Origin: Bdellovibrionota bacterium
GTDB taxonomy: Bacteria; Bdellovibrionota_G; JALEGL01; DATDPG01
NCBI GenBank assembly: GCA_963668355.1
Contig: OY764265.1
Coordinates: forward strand, 1,184,001 to 1,248,000
Length of the DNA stretch: 64,000 bases
Direction of reading: 5' to 3'
Part shown: positions 18,193 to 26,472 of the stretch, piece after piece
Layout of the letters: every line of letters starts with the position of its first letter
Numbering within the stretch: the stretch's first letter is position 1
Notes under the pieces: model-generated
Told to the model about the DNA's origin: nothing
Database searches by the model: none
What the model saw: only the letters and a program-made list of their open reading frames with translations
Translations under genes and position numbers: made by a program

Positions 18193-20217
18193 ATGTTGTG
18201 TGAGCGAAAATGGCTGAGTCTTGCGGCGGTCGTTCTTTTTTTAAGTCTGGCCGTGACGGACAAAGCTACTGCATCTGAGCCTACAATTCGTCCTTTATTT
18301 CACTCCAGCATGACCGCGTTTGATTTTGGCTCTAAAATCGGGGCGGCGATCCTCAAAGAAAAATTGCTCATGGTTTGGGATGAAGACTCTTCAGATGTCC
18401 AGCCGATTTCCGAACTTCTCCCACCGGAATTTCAAGACTCTCAACTCTTTGATGTGGCCGTTTATAAGGACTGGATCTTTTTGGCCACAGGGGCAAATCT
18501 TTTACATGTCCTACGCTACCGTCAAACTCCGGATTGGTATGTGCGAAACGTCGTGCAAAACAGCATCGGCCTTCAAACCAAAGACGGTTTGATTGTGTTT
18601 GATCAAGGTACTCACTCACAACTCATTTCTTCCCTACAAACAAGAACAAAGCGCTTGGAATGGCAGAGCGTTTTTGTCACGCCGGATCATGTCATCGCTG
18701 GAGAGGAAACCAATGTAACGCATTGGCCTGTTTTTGGCGTGGACATCTCAGAAGATGGGCGAGACATGTATTTGGCGCATCCTCACTTTGTAAGCCACAT
18801 ACATTTGAACGAGTTTTTACAAGATCGTTTCCAACCGATTTCGTTGGAGGATGTTGATGATGAAGATCTCCCGGCGTTTGGAGAGGGAATCATTGTTCCT
18901 CATGCCCAGGGTGTTTCGGTTGATGATGACTCCGGAAGACTTTACGTGATGGTTCGAGACAAGACGGTTCAGGGAAAGGACCTTCTTTCGTTGCGAATCA
19001 TTGATCAACAAATTTTAGAGAATAAGAACGTCTTGGTTTCTCAAGGTCGATTCATGCCGGAACATCACCATGAAGGTGAGTTTTGGATTGGCGGAAAATT
19101 CATTAAAGATCTTGGCCGATTTTTCTTCATCCGCAAAGATGGAGAGTTTGCCGCCCTTTCTTCGGAAGATATTAACCAAGGAGCGGAAGCCTTAAGCCGA
19201 AATGTTGCTTATAACTTGCTGGATCGCGCCAAGGTCGAATCCTTGATTCGTGGGGCACTTGGTGGCGTGGGGTATCCAACCAGTTACCGGAGAATTGATG
19301 AAGCCTATCTTTTGGGAAGTTTAACCCAAAGTCATTTTGAAGAAATTGGGACCGGCCTGCAGTGGGCAGAGGCCGGGGGCAGCATCATCGCCTGGCTTTC
19401 GGTGGCAAAATTTTTTGGACTGCTACGACTGCCTGGATGGGTGGGGAATCAACCGTTTCGCGTGTGGGCCAAGCAAGCGACCTTGAACTTTGTTCGGGGT
19501 CGAAAATGGAAAGAAATTTTTTGGTTTACAAAGGTGGGTCTCATCGCATCGAGCATCGCGGAGACGATTGCTGCGGCCCGAAAGGATGAGCGTGCGAGAG
19601 CGACGAACCAAGACGGGGAAAATTTTCCCATGAACATCAATGTGACGAACGTTTTGGTCAATGGAAGTACAGCATTCATTTTGGGCGTGATCGTTACGGA
19701 TCCAAAAGTTCATTGGTTTAAGAAAACACTATTAGCCGCAGCGACGCTTGGGGCAACATCTCACGGCAGCATGATTTTAAATGACTACCTAGGAAAGGCG
19801 TTGAATACCGAATTTACGAATCCCCATCAAAATCACTTTGAACGTTTTGGATATGCCACGGTCGGTTTGACAACGCCTCTTTTCATGCGCATCCAGCTAG
19901 CTTTGGGGAAAAGATTTGGAGATGGTGTAAATCTGTCGAAATCAGCGGGCGTGGTGTACTCGTTTTTGATGGCATACATTATGGCCGAAGTTTTTTATCC
20001 ATACATTGTGAAACCAGTTGGGCGGGGGGTCGAAAACTTGCTCAAGTGCCCGGCCGAAACCCAAAAAGGGAATCTTGATCAAAAAGACGTGTTTCGAAAG
20101 AGAGCGAATTGGCTGATGGAAAATCTTTCAGACATTCTCAAAGAGATTCAAGCCACCCCGGAAACCAGAAATATTCGAGTGTTTCCCAAACCAAAGGCGA
20201 TTACACTCTCTTACTGA
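18193..20217 (+). CDS. Hypothetical secreted protein (674 aa), beta-rich N-half, hydrophobic helical C-half
   Basis: Signal peptide KWLSLAAVVLFLSLAVTDKATA; beta-strand-like repeats then several hydrophobic/amphipathic helices. Confidence 0.78.
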   Translation: MLCERKWLSLAAVVLFLSLAVTDKATASEPTIRPLFHSSMTAFDFGSKIGAAILKEKLLMVWDEDSSDVQPISELLPPEFQDSQLFDVAVYKDWIFLATGANLLHVLRYRQTPDWYVRNVVQNSIGLQTKDGLIVFDQGTHSQLISSLQTRTKRLEWQSVFVTPDHVIAGEETNVTHWPVFGVDISEDGRDMYLAHPHFVSHIHLNEFLQDRFQPISLEDVDDEDLPAFGEGIIVPHAQGVSVDDDSGRLYVMVRDKTVQGKDLLSLRIIDQQILENKNVLVSQGRFMPEHHHEGEFWIGGKFIKDLGRFFFIRKDGEFAALSSEDINQGAEALSRNVAYNLLDRAKVESLIRGALGGVGYPTSYRRIDEAYLLGSLTQSHFEEIGTGLQWAEAGGSIIAWLSVAKFFGLLRLPGWVGNQPFRVWAKQATLNFVRGRKWKEIFWFTKVGLIASSIAETIAAARKDERARATNQDGENFPMNINVTNVLVNGSTAFILGVIVTDPKVHWFKKTLLAAATLGATSHGSMILNDYLGKALNTEFTNPHQNHFERFGYATVGLTTPLFMRIQLALGKRFGDGVNLSKSAGVVYSFLMAYIMAEVFYPYIVKPVGRGVENLLKCPAETQKGNLDQKDVFRKRANWLMENLSDILKEIQATPETRNIRVFPKPKAITLSY

Positions 20218-20235
20218 CGAACGTTCTATCTTTCG

Positions 20236-21819
20236 TCACCAAAACGCAATTACAACCACAGCGGTGATAACGAGCAAGGCGACGGATTGCACGCGGTAGT
20301 TTTTGTACCACGGAACTCCGGCCAGCATTTTGGAGTCTTCCAGAAAGAGTTCTTTTCGCCAGGTGTAGTCCCTGATCTTTTCTTCCGCGGGAGGAGCGGT
20401 CATTAAACTGACCACCACCAAGGTGGCTCCGGCCAAGAGGAAAAGAATGGGGGCCACATGAAGGAAGTGAATGCTCAAAAGCCCCATGACTTGATTGAGA
20501 ATGAAAAGAACGATGCCCATGAGCAAACCCACAACCAAAGCAAGAAAAGCGCCAGTGCCGTTGGCGCGTTTCCAAAAGACGCCCACTAAGAAGACGGCGG
20601 CTACGGGTGTCACCGTATAAGCCAAAATCGTCTGCAAGTATTTGAAGAGGGAACCGAAATTGGCAATTTGCGGCGCCCAAGCAGCGGCCAAAATCATAAA
20701 GAGGAACGTAAAGCCTCTTCCCACCCACATCAGTTTTTCGCCGTTCCAATGGGGCTTAAATTTAGAGACAAAATCCATGGTGAGTAGGGTCGATGCCGAA
20801 TTGAGGGTCGAGTCAATGCTGGACATGAGAGCGGCAATGAGGCCAGCCAGAACCAATCCGGTGATTCCTATGGGCAGATGATCAAAGATCATGACGGGAA
20901 AAACCATATCTCCCGTGGGTAGATCGGGATAAAGGACTCGTGCCATGGTTCCGGGTAGCACCATGATAAAGAGAACGGGAAGTTTGAGGAGAGCGGCTAA
21001 CAAAGATCCCCAGCGACCATGGTCTTCGTTTTTCGCACTTAAAACCCTTTGCACCATAAATTGATTGGTACACCAGAAGTAGAACCCAAGAAGAGGAACT
21101 CCCGTGATCAGTCCCAACCAAGGAACGGCCGGATCATCTAAGGGGCGAACCAAACTTAACATTTCCGGAGGTGTAACGGCGGTTACTGCATCCCAGCCTC
21201 CAATTTTCATATAGGCGGAAATGGTTACGATGACCGAACCTACGAGAAGAAGAATGGTTTGGACAAAGTCTGTGTAGATAACCGCGGCGAGGCCTCCGGC
21301 AATTGTGTAGATACCGGCGAGAATCGCTAGACCGGCAATGGTTTCCCACATAGGAATGGAGGGGAAAATCAATTTCATGACGAGGCCGCCGGCGTACAAA
21401 CTTCCTGCCGTGTCAATGATGATGTTTCCGAATAGCGTCAGAATGGAAAAGAAATAGCGCGAACGCGAATCAAAGCGTCTCTCGAGGAATTCGGGAATCG
21501 TATAAATTCTGGATCGCAAATAAAGAGGGAGAAAGAAAATGACAAAAAAGACCAATACAACGGAAGCCATCCATTCATAGTTAAAGACGGAAATTCCTGT
21601 GCTGTAAGCGTCGCCGGAAAGACCTACTAAGGTTGTGCTGGAGATATTGGAAGCGAAAAGAGAAACGCCAATGAACGGCCAGATCATTTTTCGGCCGGCC
21701 AAAAAATAATCTTCGGCCGTTTCATGTTTTTTGCTCACATAAAAACCTAGCCAGATGACAAAAACGGCATAGGCTGCAATGACGGCAAGATCCACGGGGT
21801 GAAGCGTAAACTCTGGCAT
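20236..21819 (-). CDS. Sodium:solute symporter (SLC5/SGLT-like sugar transporter)
   Basis: EDYFLAGR, SLFASNISS, YTIPEFLERRF, GGLAAVIYTD, WCTNQFMVQRVL, AALMSSIDS; GAGGAG SD. Confidence 0.95.
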   Translation of the reverse strand: MPEFTLHPVDLAVIAAYAVFVIWLGFYVSKKHETAEDYFLAGRKMIWPFIGVSLFASNISSTTLVGLSGDAYSTGISVFNYEWMASVVLVFFVIFFLPLYLRSRIYTIPEFLERRFDSRSRYFFSILTLFGNIIIDTAGSLYAGGLVMKLIFPSIPMWETIAGLAILAGIYTIAGGLAAVIYTDFVQTILLLVGSVIVTISAYMKIGGWDAVTAVTPPEMLSLVRPLDDPAVPWLGLITGVPLLGFYFWCTNQFMVQRVLSAKNEDHGRWGSLLAALLKLPVLFIMVLPGTMARVLYPDLPTGDMVFPVMIFDHLPIGITGLVLAGLIAALMSSIDSTLNSASTLLTMDFVSKFKPHWNGEKLMWVGRGFTFLFMILAAAWAPQIANFGSLFKYLQTILAYTVTPVAAVFLVGVFWKRANGTGAFLALVVGLLMGIVLFILNQVMGLLSIHFLHVAPILFLLAGATLVVVSLMTAPPAEEKIRDYTWRKELFLEDSKMLAGVPWYKNYRVQSVALLVITAVVVIAFW

Positions 21820-21899
21820 AATCGGCTATCTCCTCACTGTTTCAATTCAACAGCAAGGGACATTACGGCATCAGGCGCCGAACGCCAAATTTCAAAAGC

Positions 21900-22403
21900 C
21901 TATTGAGAGCGGGTTGAAAAGGTAATCGTGCGGCAGGGAGCCGTGTTTTTCGAAGAGGCTCTCGTTAGAATGCGGCCCGAAAGACTTCCATCTTCATTGA
22001 GGCGAATCCATAAATCCTGGCAGACGGTTGAGCCCTTGTTGATGTGGCAAGGGATTTGTTGCCATTGGTTTGGTGTTAGTGTGGTTTCCAGAACGCTTGG
22101 TTCCAGGAGGGCCTCTCCAAGGAGTTTTCCGCCGTTGTCATGGGTGCGAACTGTCAGGTGAAGGCCATTATCCAGATCAGCAAGGATAAACTCCAGCAAA
22201 CCCTCGTGGTGCACAACCTGTCCCCCCGCTTTCCAATCGTCTCCTGGGGCGTATAGCTGCGTGGTTTCGCACCTTCCTGCGATGCCGTGTTGCATGCCCT
22301 CAAGGCTAAGGAGGGCTTCTTCGATGGTTAGATCTTCAGCAATAGCGAGCCTTGGGATTAAAAGTCCTATGCTTACCACCACACCCAGAAAGAATTTGTT
22401 CAT
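21900..22403 (-). CDS. Hypothetical secreted protein (167 aa, 4 Cys)
   Basis: Signal peptide MNKFFLGVVVSIGLLIPRLAIA; AAGGACAGG upstream. Confidence 0.65.
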   Translation of the reverse strand: MNKFFLGVVVSIGLLIPRLAIAEDLTIEEALLSLEGMQHGIAGRCETTQLYAPGDDWKAGGQVVHHEGLLEFILADLDNGLHLTVRTHDNGGKLLGEALLEPSVLETTLTPNQWQQIPCHINKGSTVCQDLWIRLNEDGSLSGRILTRASSKNTAPCRTITFSTRSQ

Positions 22404-22589
22404 TGCCCTGTCCTTTAAAAATTAATGCTTCGCGTCAGGCTGGACTTTATACCTCATCTGGAGCCTCGAAAGAAAGGTTCAAGGGGAGATTTTTTGAAAA
22501 AAATTTTGGGCCACCGTGTAGAAATTTCGAAAAATTCGTAAACTTTAGTTGTCGTTTAAGATATTAAAATAAAAAGATAAATTTGGTTA

Positions 22590-22619
22590 TTGCTTTAAAA
22601 ACGTGTTTTTTGTTACACT
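22590..22619 (+). promoter_or_regulatory. Sigma70-type promoter with no downstream + strand CDS
   Basis: TTGCTT-N18-TACACT with TG extended -10 and AT-rich upstream tract. Confidence 0.55.
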
Positions 22620-22625
22620 AAAGCT

Positions 22626-22728
22626 GCACCCCCGAAGGTTGCTCCAGGAGGCGGGACCCAGATTTTCTGGGTTTGGAGTGTCATCGGGTTTGGGGTGGGC
22701 TCCCTCCCGGGCCCACCCCCTTTTTTTT
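22626..22728 (+). ncRNA. Candidate structured small RNA (~100 nt)
   Basis: Lies between the promoter and an intrinsic terminator; nested stems CCCGA/TCGGG, GCTCCA/TGGAGT, ACCCAG/CTGGGT; no credible ORF. Confidence 0.5.
22692..22728 (+). terminator. Rho-independent terminator
   Basis: GGGGTGGGC-N10-GCCCACCCC followed by T8; U-tract only in the + orientation. Confidence 0.8.
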
Positions 22729-22741
22729 GCTCACAGCAAAA

Positions 22742-22874
22742 AACTTGGGAACGGCTAATTCGCCGCATATCTTCGTTAGAGCCCTTCGCTCGGTCCTCAC
22801 GTACCGCGCAAGTACGCTGCGGTCGTTTTTCGTTTTCCGCCTTGATCTGCACCAAAATAGCTCGTTTCGTAGTT
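22742..22874. repeat. Imperfect long palindromic (REP/MITE-like) intergenic element
   Basis: Arms AACTTGGGAACGGCTA / TAGCTCGTTTCGTAGTT, GCATATC / GATCTGC, central CGTAC-N7-GTACG hairpin. Confidence 0.5.
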
Positions 22875-22929
22875 GTTCAAAGAAGACGCGTGAGCGTTTC
22901 TCCCGGGTTTTTCCTCCGAAAAAAGTTTT

Positions 22930-24366
22930 CTAAAAACGTAAGCTTGTTGTCAAAAAGATTTCGTGGAGTTGGATTTTTGCGTCTAGGTCGTTGGTTTCGG
23001 TTTCTTGGCGAAACGCATACTGAAGGGCGCAAGAGAGGTTTCGGATCGGGTAGTAAAACGCATGGGCTCGGAGCGACCACTCTTTCTCCGTGGTTCGAGG
23101 TGCGGATGTAGGAGAAAGGTCTTGCCAGGCGTCACGCTCATTGCCTTCGAGGGTTCCTCCCATCTCCAGGCGAAACTCCCCATCTCGGAAATTTCTTCCC
23201 ATCAAAAGATCTATGCCCGTGTTGAATCCACGATAATTGTCGATGAGGTCCGCTTGAATTCGTAGATCAAAATCGGAATCAAAGAGTTGGGGGTCACGAT
23301 AGCCTACGGTGTATTTGATTTGGTTTTGGTCATCAAAGGTGCGTTTCATGTATTGGATGGCGCCAAAGACATAATTGCGATCAAAAATCCGAAACATGAT
23401 CTGATCTCGAACACCATAGTAGTACGCGTCAGTGACTTGAGCCCCTCCCAATAACGTGGAGTTAAAGAGGGGATCGCTGGAAGGAAGAATGGTCGAGAGA
23501 TTTGAGGCATCAAACTGAAGAACGCGCCACAAGTTGAGGGAAAGCGTGTTGGTGAAGCTGGGTTGAGGTCGGGTAATCACCGATAATTGACCCAGTCGAA
23601 AGGCTGCGACTCCAGCAACATCTGCTTCCACCAAGCCAGAAAGACTCCATCGCGCATTGAAGTCGTAGGTACCTTGAGCAAATGCGGTCATGCGATCCAA
23701 ACTCTTCTTGAACCATTGGGCGTGAAGCGCGACATCTCCTCGAAAAGCGTTTCCTCGATACGAAGCATACACACCTGAAGTGAGGTAATCCAAAGAGAAG
23801 GGCTCACTCCGATACGCGCTTCCCAAGTAGCCAACTTGATTTCTCAAGTCATTGGCGAATCCGCCGAATAAACCAAGGCTCACACGATTGGAAGAGTGAT
23901 AGACCAAACGAAGGCCATCTACGCGAGCCCCTCCGGCTTCATACATGCGTTGGCGTCCCACCCATAAATCCAGTGATTTTGCGATGGAGGGAAGCTCCAA
24001 GCTGGCTTCGTAAAGTTGGTGCCGCCCCGCATTCGAAAATGAAAAGGTGGAATTTTTTTCTCCAATATTGAAATAGCTTCGTCCTTTGAAATGAAAAGTG
24101 CCGTCCTGTGAAGCATTTTCACCAAAGAGTTTGGAAATTTTGGTTCGAAGGCCCAGCGAGAAAAGGCTGTACTGATCTTGAATATAATTGTTTCCGTAAA
24201 GATCGTCGGCCTGGAAGTTGGCTTGGCTCGAGACATTGTTTCGTAGATGCCAAAAACCCATATCCACATTGCCTTTGAATTCGGCCGCGTGAAGAGGAGC
24301 ATGCGCGGCAAAAAGGAGCGCCCCTCCCAACAGGCCCAGAGCTCGAAGGGTTCCCCGTTTCTTCAT
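22930..24366 (-). CDS. Outer-membrane beta-barrel (porin) associated with a multiheme cytochrome
   Basis: Signal peptide MKKRGTLRALGLLGGALLFAAHAPLHA; alternating amphipathic strands; C-terminal TSLRF; ATGA overlap with the cytochrome stop. Confidence 0.8.
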   Translation of the reverse strand: MKKRGTLRALGLLGGALLFAAHAPLHAAEFKGNVDMGFWHLRNNVSSQANFQADDLYGNNYIQDQYSLFSLGLRTKISKLFGENASQDGTFHFKGRSYFNIGEKNSTFSFSNAGRHQLYEASLELPSIAKSLDLWVGRQRMYEAGGARVDGLRLVYHSSNRVSLGLFGGFANDLRNQVGYLGSAYRSEPFSLDYLTSGVYASYRGNAFRGDVALHAQWFKKSLDRMTAFAQGTYDFNARWSLSGLVEADVAGVAAFRLGQLSVITRPQPSFTNTLSLNLWRVLQFDASNLSTILPSSDPLFNSTLLGGAQVTDAYYYGVRDQIMFRIFDRNYVFGAIQYMKRTFDDQNQIKYTVGYRDPQLFDSDFDLRIQADLIDNYRGFNTGIDLLMGRNFRDGEFRLEMGGTLEGNERDAWQDLSPTSAPRTTEKEWSLRAHAFYYPIRNLSCALQYAFRQETETNDLDAKIQLHEIFLTTSLRF

Positions 24367-26387
24367 GGTTTTGCCGGCCTCCATCCAAATGTGAAGTGGC
24401 AGGTTTCACAGGTGATGGGTGCGCCCACATGACCGGTGATCGTGGCATCGAAGTCCTTGGCATGACAGAAGTGACAATCTTGCGGTAAGCCGCCAAAAAT
24501 TCGATTGGCATGACATTGGTTGCAATCCAAGAAGCGGTGGGCTCCCGAGAGGTCAAAGCCCGTTTGGGAGTGTCGGAAGGTGGTGGGGAGCCAAGCTTGT
24601 TGGTTGTGACATTGCCAACACGTTCGCCCAAAGGAATTCATATGGGGGTCGAGATGGCAAGCCGCGCAGTCCGTTCGGGAGGTGCGAACGTTTTCCGTGG
24701 CATTGTGGCAGGCCGTGCAATCCATTTGATCATGAACTCCACCCAACGAAAATTCGCCAAAATCATGAAAGCCTCCTTTTCGAACGGAGAAGCCTTCAAA
24801 GACATGACAACGCTCACAATTGGTTCCAAACGTTCCATCATGAACATCCCGGTGACAAGACGAGCATTCGCTGGATTCAAACTTGTATTGATAATCTTTA
24901 TGGCATTGATTGCAGGCCAGCTTTCGATGTTGTCCTCTTAAGTTAAACCTGGAACCTCGCTCATGATCGAATTCGATGTCGTTGAAGGCAATGGGCGCAT
25001 GGCATCGCATGCATTCAATTCCAAGTTCTCCCTTGTGGAAGTCCGTGTGGCAATTTTGGCAAAGGGTGTCGATGCCGGCATAGCGGCCATTCGAGTGACA
25101 ATCCGCACAGGGTACGTTTTGGTGTTTTCCAACCAACGGAAAACGGGATTGCCGATTGTGGTCGAAGGTCAGGTTTTTAAATGCAGAGAACGTATGACAG
25201 GATGCACAGGTTTTCTTTCCAAATTGTCCTTTATGTACATCGATGTGACAGTAGGAGCAGTCCGGATTTTGATTAAGCCAGCGATACTTGGCGTCTGCAT
25301 GACATTGGCCACAGGGAACGACCTTATGTTTTCCTTCGAGTTTGAACCGCGCATCTTTTTCATGGTTGAACTTCAAGAACTTCCAGCCGTCTTCAATATG
25401 GCAGCTCTTGCAAGTTTTCTTTTCGGTCCAGAGAATTTCGAATTGATTTCCATGGGGGTTATTGTGACAGCCGCTGCATTGAGAAAAGTTTTTCATTTTT
25501 CCAATGACAGGGCCGTGACACCTCACGCACGTCACATAGTTATGTTCGCCTCGTAAAGGAAAGGCAGTTTTACTGTGGTCAAACTCACCCTTTCCTTTAG
25601 GGGTGATCGCTCGCCAAGAACGCGTGTGATGACATTTCTTGCAATCTTTTCCCAGCTTTCCCTTGTGGGGATCTACGTGGCAATTGCTACATCGTTTGAA
25701 CGGGGTGGGTTTCCAGAGTTTGTTTTTGTGACACGCGTAACAATCGACCGGTTTATGTTTCCCGGTGAGAGGATATTTCGTGTCTCTATCGTGATCAAAC
25801 GGGAGCCGGGCTAAAATGGGGGACCATTTCGAAGTGTTGTGACATTTTTCACATAAGGTGAACGATTGGGTTTTGGACTTATGAATGTCCTCGTGACAAG
25901 ACGCACATTTAGAGGGGGTGTTGATGTAAGTTCGTGTGTTGGTTTTACGGCCGGTTTTTACATGGCGGCGTTTGGCTTTGTGGCAGTCCTCACATTGCGC
26001 AGTGACGTGTGCACCATCCAACGGCCAGTCGGTTTCGTCGTGATGAAAGGAAAGGCGCGTTAAACCCATCAAATCATAATCCAAGCCTTTGTGATCACTG
26101 TGGCATTCGATGCAGGTTCCTTCAACACGCGCATGGTATCCCTTGTCCTTGGAAACCAGAGAGGCGATTTCGGTATGGCAGTCGAGGCATTTTTGGTCAG
26201 GGACACCTTTTGCGGTGGCGTGGCAATCGGTACACTTGCTCAAGCCTTCCAGCTCTTGGTGGGCTTTGGCCAAAGGACCGGGATTTAGAAGCCCTCCGAA
26301 GTCAAGCTGGGCCCTTGCCGGTGACGCTGTCGCCAGAAATCCAAAAATGGCCGCAATGATTATGTGTCCCCGAAATCTCAAAAACAT
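24363..26387 (-). CDS. Periplasmic multiheme cytochrome c, 27 CxxCH motifs in tandem tri-heme repeats
   Basis: 27 CxxCH counted; repeat FdH...FpLxGxH..vxCxxCH...CxxCHxDxHxGxxG..CxxCH; signal peptide from MFLRFRG (ATG 26387). Confidence 0.93.
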   Translation of the reverse strand: MFLRFRGHIIIAAIFGFLATASPARAQLDFGGLLNPGPLAKAHQELEGLSKCTDCHATAKGVPDQKCLDCHTEIASLVSKDKGYHARVEGTCIECHSDHKGLDYDLMGLTRLSFHHDETDWPLDGAHVTAQCEDCHKAKRRHVKTGRKTNTRTYINTPSKCASCHEDIHKSKTQSFTLCEKCHNTSKWSPILARLPFDHDRDTKYPLTGKHKPVDCYACHKNKLWKPTPFKRCSNCHVDPHKGKLGKDCKKCHHTRSWRAITPKGKGEFDHSKTAFPLRGEHNYVTCVRCHGPVIGKMKNFSQCSGCHNNPHGNQFEILWTEKKTCKSCHIEDGWKFLKFNHEKDARFKLEGKHKVVPCGQCHADAKYRWLNQNPDCSYCHIDVHKGQFGKKTCASCHTFSAFKNLTFDHNRQSRFPLVGKHQNVPCADCHSNGRYAGIDTLCQNCHTDFHKGELGIECMRCHAPIAFNDIEFDHERGSRFNLRGQHRKLACNQCHKDYQYKFESSECSSCHRDVHDGTFGTNCERCHVFEGFSVRKGGFHDFGEFSLGGVHDQMDCTACHNATENVRTSRTDCAACHLDPHMNSFGRTCWQCHNQQAWLPTTFRHSQTGFDLSGAHRFLDCNQCHANRIFGGLPQDCHFCHAKDFDATITGHVGAPITCETCHFTFGWRPAKP

Positions 26388-26472
26388 CCCCAAGTGAACT
26401 AAAACGATACCCGGAATCGTCCAATTGGCGAAATTTTCAATCACAAAAGAAGAAAAGAAATCTTTAGTGAAA

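Noticed and set aside
22613..23111. Short ORFs across the sRNA/palindrome region
   Set aside because: No SD or protein features; better explained by RNA structure and antisense overlap with the porin
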